Positions 1 through 12,904 of a DNA stretch of 64,000 nt are shown here, in pieces (the stretch's first letter is position 1; every line of letters begins with the position of its first letter). Source of the DNA: Eledone cirrhosa (taxonomy: Eukaryota); NCBI GenBank assembly GCA_964016885.1, contig OZ024740.1, forward strand, positions 372,868,001 through 372,932,000. Reading direction: 5' to 3'. The position numbers were made by a program, and so were the translations under genes. The notes under the pieces are model-generated. The model made no database searches. It was given only the letters and a program-made list of their open reading frames with translations, and was not told the origin of the DNA.

Positions 1-253
1 CATTTTGTGAAAGGAAAGCGTTACTGGCTTTAGGTTTCTACGTGAATGATCACAGTACGTTCCTATGGCAAGAATTTCAAGGGCATAATTCCTGATCACT
101 GTCTAATTACATACCACGAGAAACTTTTGTTCAACACTGAAGTCAAGTTGTTTATTTAGACAAATATAGAACGACACTTTCCACACAAATCAGTGACATA
201 CACCCAGATAAACATATATTATATATATATATTATATATATGTAGATATTATA

Positions 254-319
<66 letters not shown>

Positions 320-329
320 CAGAGAGAGA

Positions 330-532
330 GAGATAATGAGAGAAAGAGAGTGTGCGCTGCTGAGATCACGGAAATCGTGGCAGTATTTAATGCACGAGGA
401 GGTACAGAGAGAGAGTATAGAGAAAAATATCAAACCGAACTCGACGCCAAATGACTTCGGCTTGGCGTCCCAGTCAGTTTGATATCGCTCTCCTTCTCGC
501 TTGCTCTGTATGTCTGTCTCTCTCTCAACACA

Positions 533-535
<3 letters not shown>
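330..535. repeat. Local duplicated segment with internal hairpin, copy 1 (copy 2 at ~2085-2300)
   Basis: gagaaagagagt.tgcgctgctgagatca.ggaaatc...atatcaaacc...gacgccaaat...ttcggcttgg.g.ccc.gtc.gtttgata recurs at 2085-2300; 1097-1170 also recurs at 2985-3057. Confidence 0.75.
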
Positions 536-590
<55 letters not shown>

Positions 591-1210
591 TAAATATATG
601 TGTGTGCATATATATATATAAATATATATATAATATGTATATATATATATTCTAAAATTAGTACCATGGAACAACCACTACTATAGACACCATATATATT
701 TACGTGGGTACTTAGTACTTACTGGAATATCTATATCATTTATCTGAATTCTCCTTAATGTTGAGAAAAGAATGTTGTATCATGCTGCTATTTCTAGTAA
801 CATGAAATATCAAATAGTCTATTATTCCCGCTCTTTCTAACGGCCCATTTGTGTGGTGCTCATTTTAACGGCTTGATCCATTCCCCGGCCAGAAAGCGAC
901 ACATCCACATCTACGTGGATTTATATCTAGTAGGTGTGGAAAAACTATCTTTCCAATCTTTTGATTAGCGAAACCGTCGGTCATGGCACTATAAGAGGTA
1001 AATATTTAAATCGTATTTTAATTCATTTAAAAGTTTGTTTAATGTTTCCGTGTTCCGCTCATATATATATATATATATTTACTCATATATATAGTTACCT
1101 ACATTATATCAAATATTGCCATGGTTAACATATTGTTGGAGACGTTGCTATTCTCATTTTAATGATTGAACAGGTATAAATAAGCATATATGTTTATATA
1201 TACAAAGGGA

Positions 1211-1262
1211 GATAAGCTGACAGATCTCTGTTTAATACTTTTGGTACTCCTCAGAGCTTATC
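1211..1262 (-). ncRNA. Type I hammerhead ribozyme, G12 mutated
   Basis: Minus strand: gataagct CTGAGGA gtac caaaa gtat TAAA cag agat ctg TC agcttatc; 8-bp stem I. Confidence 0.7.
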
Positions 1263-1519
1263 ACTCCCTTTGCCTGCTGAAAATTATGAATGTTGGATTC
1301 TTATAGAATTCCAGTAATAATCAGGAACTGATTATACAGAGCAGTTGCCGGTCCAGCAAAAATTGAAAATTAGAATTGGTGCTATGAAATAGCGATATAT
1401 ATATGAATGTATATATAGTGTATTTTGCAATACACTGTATGCTTAATTAAAAGCATCCTGATTATTGCTGGAATTCTATAAGAATCCAACATACATAATT
1501 GTCAGCAGGCAAAGGGAGT

Positions 1520-1571
1520 GGTAAGCTCTGAGGAGTACCAACAGTACCAAACAGAGATCTGTCAGCTTACC
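1520..1571 (+). ncRNA. Type I hammerhead ribozyme, G12 mutated
   Basis: ggtaagct CTGAGGA gtac caaca gtac CAAA cag agat ctg TC agcttacc; all three stems pair. Confidence 0.75.
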
Positions 1572-1726
1572 TCCCTTTGTTTGCTGAGAAAGGAAGTAAG
1601 TGACATAGTCACTACTTTAAAACAATAGGGTAAGGTCTTCAAACTTTTAATTAAGCATACAGTGTATTGCAAAATACACTATATATACATTCATATATAT
1701 ATCGCTATTTCAGAGCACCATTTCTA

Positions 1727-1815
<89 letters not shown>

Positions 1816-1978
1816 AGAAGGTAGTACAGCATAATCGAAGCTCTGGTTGCGGGCAAGTTAACGAACGGTGTCGGGAAGTGCAGACAAAAGCACTCAATGA
1901 GGAATTTTACCTTAGAGTTACAACATACGTTTAGACAGCTATGCAAATTGAAGCCAAGAGAGAGAGAGAGAGACAGAC

Positions 1979-2300
<322 letters not shown>

Positions 2301-2304
2301 ACAT

Positions 2305-2411
<107 letters not shown>

Positions 2412-2427
2412 TATGTAAATAAATATA

Positions 2428-2543
2428 TATATTTTAAAAAAAAATAAGACTCCAGTTGCATTTTCGATTTCATCTCTTTTTCTTTATACCTTCACTCGTG
2501 TAGGACACCTCGGTTATTTTTCATTTTGTAAAAAAAATCTCAC

Positions 2544-2550
<7 letters not shown>
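2428..2550 (+). mobile_element. Family B 3' fragment between (TA)n tracts
   Basis: aaaataagactccagttgcattttcgatttcatctc...gtaggacacctcggttatt nearly identical to 5580-5692 and 7325-7435. Confidence 0.8.
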
Positions 2551-2594
<44 letters not shown>

Positions 2595-2692
2595 ATATTT
2601 TGAGTATATGTTGGTTGTTTACCGACACGTCAGTATGCATATTGGAGCACTCGACGAAGTACGCAGGTTGGTTTGTTTACTCTGGAGTAATG

Positions 2693-2811
2693 TAAAATAA
2701 TTAAGTCAAATAGGTAAAATTTGGCTTCGTTTATTATAAATTATAGATATATATATATCTATAATTCATAATAACGAAGCCAAATTTTACCTATTTGACT
2801 TAATTATTTTA
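2693..2811. repeat. Near-perfect hairpin (~55-bp arms) with a one-sided tail at 2592-2692
   Basis: taaaataattaagtcaaataggtaaaatttggcttcgtt / aacgaagccaaattttacctatttgacttaattatttta. Confidence 0.85.
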
Positions 2812-2924
2812 TATATATAAATATATATATGGATATATATATTTATATATATATATATATATATATACGTATATATACGTATATATACGTATATATATAT
2901 ATTTATATAAATATAAATATATAA

Positions 2925-2963
<39 letters not shown>

Positions 2964-3453
2964 TGTATTTATATATATATTTGTCTACATTATAACAAAG
3001 ATTACCATGGTTAACATATTTTGGGAGATGTTGCTATTTTCATTTTAATGATTGAATATATTTTAATATACACACATAAGCACATATGTCTGTTTACGTA
3101 TGATTGTGTATCTGTGTTTGATGCGGTTTTATACACATGTAATTTGTTGTATGTATCGATGCGCGCATGTATTTTTATGTGTATATGCATGTATTTATAT
3201 CTGAATCTGTGTGGACAGATCACCTCTGATCATTTTTAATAGATATTAATTTCAAATGTTATATCGAAAACACAACTATTTCATCTGACGAGTGTAGTGG
3301 ACATTTCTGTTAGGATCGTCTAGTTTCCTGAAAACTTTCGTAATGGACTAATTATATTTTGTTGTTTATTACGTAATTAAATAGCTCTGTACTAAATATA
3401 GAGCACTCTTATTTCCTTTACCTATTCCAGGGAAATACATAACACACACACAT

Positions 3454-3489
<36 letters not shown>

Positions 3490-3532
3490 TTATTTAATTA
3501 TGTAATAAACACAGTATAATTATTCCAATACC

Positions 3533-3951
3533 TATGCGCTTGTTTATGGCGCTATCACTTGGACGCTAACGTCGAAACTGGAGAAAAAGCTAGACGGGGC
3601 ATACACACGTATGCTCCGCGCTGCTTTAAACGTGTCTTGGAGGGAACACCCAACAAATAAGGATATCTATGGCAATATACCACCTATCAGCATGTCAATA
3701 CGTGGACTGAGACTCAGATTTGCTGGCCACTGTTGGCGCAGCAAGGAAGAAATAGCAGGTGATGTGTTGTTATGGAGTCCATCTCATGGAGCAAGAAATG
3801 CTGGTCGTCCCAAGAAGACATACGTCAAGCAACTTGAGGACGATGGTGGATGCACTGCGGAAGAACTGGCAGACGCTATGAGAGACAGAGATGGATGGAG
3901 GAAACGTGTCGTAGAAAGGCGAGCAAGCTCAACCTGATGATGATGATGATG
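3533..3951 (+). mobile_element. RTE-clade LINE, 5'-truncated 3' end with (TGA)n tail
   Basis: YALVYGAITWTLT...LRAALNVSWREH...RLRFAGHCWRS...LLW...GRPKKTY...DRDGW is a typical RTE C-terminus; tgatgatgatgatgat tail; candidate TSD aatacc at 3527-3532 and 3952-3957. Confidence 0.9.
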
Positions 3952-4110
3952 AATACCCTAAGTGAGACGATTCTAACAAAGGTGTCCGAAGTCGTTCATC
4001 AGAAGGAATCTTTGATATGGATGTAAGATAGGAAATGTTGCTTATTACATAATTAAATAGTTCTGTACTATATATAGAACACTCTTCCTTCCTTTACCTT
4101 TTCCACGAAC

Positions 4111-4147
<37 letters not shown>

Positions 4148-5358
4148 AGGACTTCCGCATAACATAACCACAAATGCGTTTGATTTACGACATCAATATA
4201 TTTCTGGTAAATCTCACTCCCTCTCTATATACATGAATATATATTATTTCAAAAATGTTTGTCTAATACTGTGCGAATTTGTAGTATATTCACATCTATA
4301 ACTTAATTCAATATATACATAAATCTTTTATATATTTTGTAAAAATAAAATAATGGCCAATAAAGAATTAAATTAATTAGATTTTCTCGTTTTGTTGCAT
4401 CTCACAACGTCTATTCTAAGTGTTAAGATACATCGTTCATTATGAATACACGAAAAACGTAAAATAATGCGAAATTGGATTTTAAAGGAAACATTTAAAG
4501 TGCAAACTATTTTTCATTATACAACTCTTGTCAAAACTTATATACAATAATACTTATTCTAAATGTTTAGATTTGAGTAATTATTTTATTAACATTAATA
4601 GCACCCATAAAAATAATAACTTGGACGATGAACGAGACGAAGATAGTGATTTTGTTATTGGTAATTATGGTGGTATTTGCAATATAAATTTATGCTATAA
4701 TTTTGCCAATGTACGTCATACAGTTAGAATTTGAAATAATGCCAATGTGAGATATGATTATTTTCATGTTTCTCAATTATATAACACACCGAGGAAATAA
4801 ATAATTTTTAAACTTCGTTGTCGATATTGTGTGTATGTATCTGATTATATCTGTATGTATGTATGTATGTATGTATGTATGTATGTATGTATGTATGTAT
4901 GTATGTATGTATGTGTGTATGTATGTCTGTATGTATGTATGTATGTATGTATGTATGTATTCATAAATGTATGGACATATGTATGTAAGCATGCATGTAT
5001 ATCCGTTATGTCTATATATATACTGATTAAATTTGATAATCTTTTACTGGATTTCACGCATTAGATTGCGGTATTTCTGTAGTATAACATTCAAGCGATA
5101 TACTCAAGAATATCGACCGCACTACTTATTTTTAGGATAACAGCTATCAGACATATAATGAAACACGTCTGATCAAATTTGATGAGTTTCAGTAATAATT
5201 CTTATAATTTTCTGTGAATATTCAGGCAGTAGAAAACCCTCTCACACGTGTTTATGGAAACATATATATGCACTTATACATACATATATACATACATACA
5301 TTAATAATTACATGAATACACGCTTACAGATATACATCACACACACACACACGCAGAC

Positions 5359-5412
<54 letters not shown>

Positions 5413-5419
<7 letters not shown>

Positions 5420-5692
5420 AAAAAGAGATGAAATCGAGAATGCAACTGGAGTCTTATTTTTTTTTAAAATATATATATTTATTTGGTTCCTTTACCGCTT
5501 TCGCAGTTCTTCTGCTTTTCAAAAGCAGAAGAACTGCGAAACCGGTAAAGGGACCAAATAAATATATATATATTTAAAAAAAAAATAAGACTCCAGTTGC
5601 ATTTTCGATTTCATCTCTTTTTCTTTATACTTTCACTCGTGTAGGACACCTCGGTTATTTTTCATTTTGTAAAAAAAACCTCATTTTCTAAT
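5413..5692 (+). mobile_element. Family B fold-back centred at 5520 inside an HHR core, with 3' tail
   Basis: Arms 5413-5519 and 5521-5629; aaaa gcag aagaa ctgc GAAA ccgg TA aagg; unpaired tail 5630-5692; (TA)n on both sides. Confidence 0.85.
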
Positions 5693-5737
5693 ATATATAT
5701 ATATATATATAAATATATATATATATAGTTAAAGAAA

Positions 5738-5950
5738 GAAGAGTAACATGGTTGGCTCTACAATAAGGGCTTTATTTAAATTACTGACAAGGTGTGTCTT
5801 TATTTAAATTACTGACAAGGTGTGTCTAGAGTTCACTATATCGCTTGGGGCTGCGTCAATCGATCTCCAATACATTGTTTACCACTGGTCAACACATCAG
5901 AGTATGTATATATGAAAATAATTCACTCGAAGTAAGACATATATAGAAAA
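5738..5950 (-). mobile_element. Family C PLE terminal repeat with partly deleted HHR and ~29-bp tandem duplication
   Basis: Reverse complement matches 53283-53480, including tactCTGATGTgttga; ctttatttaaattactgacaaggtgtgt occurs twice. Confidence 0.8.
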
Positions 5951-6382
5951 ACAACGTAAAACCAAAACAATAACATCAATACTAAAATAGCGTATAAGTA
6001 AAACAATACCGTCAATAATAAGACATGTATGTTAAATAGATAGAGAAGTTACAGATGTCAAAAGTAAAAAGAAAAGTATGAGACAGGGTACATTAAAAAA
6101 TAATAAGAAAATGAGAAAATGGAAAATATAAAGAAATAAATGAGTGTATATATATTTATGCATACACACATACTGTCTTGTCAGAAGCAACAATCCCCTT
6201 CATACAGTTCGTTTCATACCCCAAATTCCGCACCGCCGCGACAACTTCCGCACCCGAACGGAAGTCAAGCGATTCGTGCGACGCACGAAGCTACAGGAAT
6301 ATGTTAAGCCCCTCCCCCCACTCCCAAGAGCGCGAAACTAATAAACCTTTGTTCGTACTGCCTCGTGTTCCAATTCCATTTT

Positions 6383-7224
<842 letters not shown>

Positions 7225-7256
7225 GAGAAAAACCACAGATCGTCCATCTCAACTCT

Positions 7257-7294
7257 ACATTTGAAAAGCAGAAGAACTGCGAAACCGGTAAAGG
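7257..7294 (+). ncRNA. Minimal type I HHR, U3-A8 core (family B element 7225-7435)
   Basis: TTGAAAA gcag aagaa ctgc GAAA ccgg TA aagg; stem I weak in this copy. Confidence 0.55.
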
Positions 7295-7434
7295 AACCAA
7301 ATAAATATATATATATTTAAAAGAAAAAATAAAACTCCAGTTGCATTTTCGATTTCATCTTTTTTTCTTTATACTTTCACTCGTGTAGGACACCTCGGTT
7401 ATTTTTCATTTTGTAAAAAAGACATCACTTTCTA

Positions 7435-7527
<93 letters not shown>

Positions 7528-7596
7528 TACATATTTATATATATATACACATATATACATATTTATATATATATACACATATATATATACATATAC

Positions 7597-7651
<55 letters not shown>

Positions 7652-7877
7652 TATATATATATGTATATACAAATATATATATATATATGCATATATATAT
7701 ACATACATATATATATATATATATATACATACATATATATATATACATATACATACATATATATATATACATATACATACATATATATATATATTAACAT
7801 ACATATATATATATACATATACATACATATATATATATATACATATACATACATATATATATATATTAACATACATG

Positions 7878-7932
<55 letters not shown>

Positions 7933-8052
7933 TTACATATATATATATATTTACATATATATATATATACATACACATATACATATATATACATATATAT
8001 ACATATATATACATATATACAAACATATATATATATACATACATATATATAT

Positions 8053-8100
<48 letters not shown>

Positions 8101-8384
8101 GGTGGCTGCCAACTCGTTTTCGAGTACGGCCACTACTTTATATCCATGTAGGAGAACCCCTACCGATGCGCTGAATGAGTGTGACTTTTCAGGTTTTGTT
8201 TTTAGTCCTGTAGGATGTCCAAAGTCATCCTCCTCACCAAGAAACCTTGGTGGTGTTGCCAGTTTAGTCGCCAACGACTCGACCATGAGACAGGTTGTAC
8301 TGGGATACATGTTACCAGTAGCACCAACTGGTGACCTGACATATATATATATATACATACATACATATATATATATATACATAC

Positions 8385-8421
<37 letters not shown>

Positions 8422-8868
8422 GTGCTGGGCCCATCGTACCATGTGACAAGTGCAGAGAGATCTCCAGATATAAAGCAATGCCTGTGCCGTGAAGCTTTTA
8501 TAGTGAGCAAAGGCACAAAGTCAGTCCCACCCTCTTAACCAAGATGATATTTACCAAAAAGAAGTCCAAGTCAACATCATTGGATGCCATCAAAGTTGCA
8601 GGTGTTATATCAGAGTTTTCTTTCTCCTAGAATTCTGCCTTGACAAAGGCTAAGGGGTCATCTCTCCCGGTGATTTTGGATGGCAATTGACTCTTAAGAG
8701 CTCCTTTGCCCTTTGACAGGTTTCGTTTTTAGTCCCGCAGGATGTCCAAGGTCACCCTCCTCACCAAGAAACCTTCGTGGGGTTGCTAGTTTAGTCGCCA
8801 ACGACCCGACCGTGAGACAGGTTGTACTGGGATACATGTCACCAGTAGCACCAACTGGTGACCTGACA
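8101..8868 (+). mobile_element. Family D, rearranged: internally deleted copy 8101-8340 plus 5'-truncated copy 8420-8868
   Basis: Both pieces match 49306-49880; separated and flanked by TA/TACA repeats. Confidence 0.85.
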
Positions 8869-8902
8869 TAATATACATACATACATACATACATATATAC
8901 AT

Positions 8903-8933
<31 letters not shown>

Positions 8934-8954
8934 CACACAATACACAATTATAAA

Positions 8955-9085
8955 TGGCTTAGAATCAGCAGAGTCGTTAGAGTTCTAGTAGTATTCATTC
9001 CGGTTATCTGGTCTCTGTGTTCAAATTCTGACTTTAATCCATTCCTGGTCGATTAAAATACACTTCCAATTCTGGGGTCGATCCT
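8955..9085 (+). mobile_element. Decayed SINE fragment
   Basis: ggcttagaatcagcagagtcgttag...tgttcaaattc...gtcgattaaaata...ctggggtcgat matches the SINE family at 21055-21340 and 26803-27115. Confidence 0.55.
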
Positions 9086-9207
9086 ACTTTTAGATTTTTT
9101 CCTCATTTCCTTTCTCTGACTGTCTCTATCCTCTGGAATACATCTAGTATTCAGTCTTGGATAGGAGATGGGCCCCGCCAGGTTTAAACACCCATAGAAA
9201 CGCCGTT

Positions 9208-9249
<42 letters not shown>

Positions 9250-9776
9250 TTAGAAACACACAGATACATGCGGACACACACATATATACATGAATGCATC
9301 CGCACCCAACTGTGAGTTAAGGGTGCCAACTTCACCGATGTTGCTCAATGAATGACCGGGACAGACCAATTCAGTTGAACTAGACTGAACCAGTATCAGA
9401 GTTAAAAATACATTATGAAGAGAGAAGAAACATTTAGATATAATTAGTAATAAAATGCATTCATGTATATATGTGTGTGTCCGCATGTATCTGTGTGTTT
9501 CTAAATATATTGTTAATAACTCCCTCTGGTCGAGCAATCTTTGAAGTGTGGGGACAACTGGAAAGCTTCCATTACTCATACTTCTAGCCTTCTTCACCAC
9601 CTCTTCTGCGGCCTCGATATGAATACCCCCTCCGCCTCCGTGGTATTTTATTCGTGGTTATAAGAGGCTTAGCTCTGTTTCTCGACCGTTATATCGCGTG
9701 ACTATCTCCCCCTCTGCCTTTTGGGATTCTTTCTCACGTCGTGTAGACGCGTTCTTGAGACTAGTAAAATGAGGTA

Positions 9777-9866
9777 TCCTCTTGATAAGTCGGCAGACCT
9801 CGCAGGGACTCTATATCTTTATGATATATTGTTTTTGTTTATGCCACGAAACTACGTAGTCGAGGA
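9777..9866 (+). ncRNA. Type I HHR, U3-A8 core, extended stem II
   Basis: tcctc TTGATAA gt(c)ggca ...46 nt... tgccac GAAA ctacgtag TC gagga. Confidence 0.8.
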
Positions 9867-10371
9867 ATTTAGGAGCAGTTTAGGTATGATACATTTTATT
9901 ACTAATTATATCTAAATGTTTCTTCTCTCTTCATAATGTATTTTTAACTCTGATACTGGTTCAGTCTAGTTCAACTGAATTGGTCTGTCCCGGTCATTCA
10001 TTGAGCAACATCGGTGAAGTTGGCACCCTTAACTCACAGTTGGGTGCGGATGCATTCATGTATATATGTGTGTGTCCGCATGTATCTGTGTGTTTCTAAA
10101 TATATTGTTAATAACTCCCTCTGGTCGAGCAATCTTTGAAGTGTGGGGACAACTGGAAAGCTTCCATTACTCATACTTCTAGCCTTCTTCACCACCTCTT
10201 CTGCGGCCTCGATATGAATACCCCCTCCGCCTCCGTGGTATTTTCTTCGTGGTTATAAGAGGCTTAGCTCTGTTTCTCGACCGTTATATCGCGTGACTAT
10301 CTCCCTCTCCGCCTTTTGGGATTCTTTCTCACGTCGTGTAGACGCGTTCTTGAGACTAGTAAAATGAGGTA

Positions 10372-10461
10372 TCCTCTTGATAAGTCGGCAGACCTCGCAG
10401 GGACTCTATATCTTTATGATATATTGTTTTTGTTTATGCCACGAAACTACGTAGTCGAGGA
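10372..10461 (+). ncRNA. Type I HHR, second tandem copy
   Basis: Identical to 9777-9866, offset 595 nt. Confidence 0.8.
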
Positions 10462-10530
10462 ATTTAGGAGCAGTTTAGGTATGATACATTTTATTACTAA
10501 TTATATCTAAATGTTTCTTCTCTCTTCATA

Positions 10531-10579
<49 letters not shown>

Positions 10580-10621
10580 TGCATGTATGTATGTATGTAT
10601 GTATGTATGTATGTATGTATG

Positions 10622-10652
<31 letters not shown>

Positions 10653-10680
10653 GTATGTATGTATGTATGTATGTATGTAT

Positions 10681-11240
10681 GTCTCATGGTCGGGTCGTTG
10701 GCAACTAAACTGGCAACCCCACCAAGGTTTCTTGTTGAGGAGGGTGACTTTGGACATCCTGCAGGATTAAAAACAAAACCTGTCAAAGGGCAAAGGAGCT
10801 CTTAAGAGTCAATGGCCATCCAAAATCACTGGGAGAGATGACCCCTTAGCCTTTGTCAAGGCAGAATTCTAGGAGAAGGAAAACTCTGATATAACACCTG
10901 CAACCCTGAAGGTATCCAATGATGTTGACTTGTTCTTCTTTTTGGTAAATATCATCTTGGTTAAGAGAGTGGGACTGGCTTTGTGCAGTGCCTTTGCTCA
11001 GTATAAAAGCTTCACGGCACAGGCATTGCTTTATATCTGGAGATCTCTCTGCACTTGTCGTCACATCGTACCATGGGCCCAGCACTATGTGTCAATAATT
11101 GTCACAAGTGTAGTGTTTGTACCAGAGTTTCCAAGTCGCAGGCTGGACTAAAAAGTCACACTCGTTCAGCTCATCAGTAGGGCTTTCCTACATGGATATA
11201 AAGTAGTGGCCGTACTCGAAAACGAGTTGGCAGCTACCAT
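10681..11240 (-). mobile_element. Family D ~560-bp non-coding element
   Basis: Reverse complement closely matches 49306-49865; flanked by (TATG)n and (TA)n. Confidence 0.88.
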
Positions 11241-11466
<226 letters not shown>

Positions 11467-11506
11467 CTAAGTTTATAGCTTCTAATTTGAATGGAAAGAG
11501 ACGGGT

Positions 11507-11578
11507 GATGTGTTAGTGTAAATGGTAGCACAGTGGTCCGGATAACCAAATATGTGGGTTCGACTCCCATGTACGTCA
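11507..11578 (+). tRNA. tRNA-like cloverleaf (pseudo-tRNA or SINE head), anticodon position GGA
   Basis: gatgtgt TA gtgt aaatggta gcac a gtggt ccGGAta accaa atat gtggg TTCGACT cccat gtacgtc a; A and B boxes; T5 run 9 nt downstream; lacks U33 and the Ser long variable arm. Confidence 0.65.
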
Positions 11579-12850
11579 ATACTCAACTTTTTCCATTTCT
11601 CCGAGGGTTCTTAACCCCACTATCAGGCTAAATAATTTCTTTAATTTCTTAAGTCAAAATACGGCGATATCTAACATTTCTAATAATTTCAAAACAACTC
11701 GCTGTTTCGAAAATATTTTTACTTGATATATAAATATATATAAAATTTACATTTCATAAAGCTGGGGTACAAATGTGTGTATATTAGAGCCACACATTTT
11801 CTTCCACATACCTTGAAATTGTTGAGCTAGCTTGATCAATCAGTCACTGTCAGTAACCCAGCGGATGAGCTGCTAACTATGCTAACTAGAACTCAACGCT
11901 TTTTTATTTCACCTAATAATGTCAATGTAAGTCAAAACGGGAACAGTAATCGATGCTTTGCTATAATATGTCAAATATAATCAAACATTAGTATGCATCG
12001 TGCGTTTCCTCATTAACTATAATTAAATGTATAGAACGCCTCAGCTTGAGTATACTCCACTTTTGCATTGGTGAATATGCTTGCAAACAAGATTATATCC
12101 CACTCATATTAGTGGTATAACTCCGCTATTTCAGTGAAGAAGTCTCACGTTTTCCGCACCATAGGACCTACAATATGAGGTTGAATGTGATACTATAATA
12201 TGTCCTATTCTTTTCTTCTAACAATTCTTCCAAACTACTACACAGTTCTTGTAATTTATTTATCAATCTCTCCTTGATAACAGGTAATATTAAATTTGTG
12301 GTATTTGTAATGAAATAGATATTTAATTAGAGTTATTGGCCGAGAATGCTCATCATTTTAATTTTCAATGGACTAACTATAAATTTATTTAGTCACCTCA
12401 CACATAATCTGTAACATTTGAACTCATTTACTCGCATACTTTGAATTGATATACTGATGGACGCTCCTTCCCTCGCATGTATTGTATGTCTCTCTGATAA
12501 GAATCTATTCAAACAGCTAAACATATTACTCATCTGCCATGCATATACATTAAGCTTTTTAGATATTGGGTAAGTAAAAATACAACTTAAAATACGAGAT
12601 CTCTTTTAAGTAAACGGAACTTAATAATCTTTCTTATACATATAAGCCATTATTTTGCAGCAAACATCGATTCCACAGCAACATATATTCTATGTACATG
12701 CAAGGGATTCCGCATGAACATGATCACCATTAACATTTGAAAAATTATCGTATGTATTCCCGATCTCTCTTCATCAAAGAAAATATACTTAATACCAAGA
12801 TCATTAAAGAGACAGTGCCACGTATTTCAAGGAACGACGCTGTGCACTAT

Positions 12851-12904
12851 CAGAAATGTAGGTAGTTAATTCTTATGTATAAGAATTAACTACCTACATT
12901 TCTG
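12851..12904. repeat. Perfect 26-bp inverted repeat with 2-nt loop
   Basis: cagaaatgtaggtagttaattcttat GT ataagaattaactacctacatttctg. Confidence 0.95.

Larger units (their letters stand above)
1201..1725. mobile_element. Family A fold-back element (PLE-derived, non-autonomous, HHR-bearing)
   Basis: 1201-1326 is the reverse complement of ~1456-1580; 1370-1452 is the reverse complement of ~1645-1727; homologous to 27335-28020 and 47260-47795; abuts (TA)n. Confidence 0.8.
9243..10533 (+). mobile_element. Non-coding element: inverted segment plus ~1.8 tandem copies of a 595-bp HHR-containing unit
   Basis: 9456-10050 repeated from 10051 (identical ORFs at 9721 and 10316); 9243-9457 is the reverse complement of 9892-10106; (TA)n on both sides. 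Confidence 0.9.

Noticed and set aside
6150-6385. [14 protein letters not shown] resembling a PLE N-terminal motif
   Set aside because: Too short and frameshifted to support a call
9721-9915. 64-aa ORF repeated at 10316
   Set aside because: TTG start; repeated only because of the tandem unit; overlaps the HHR
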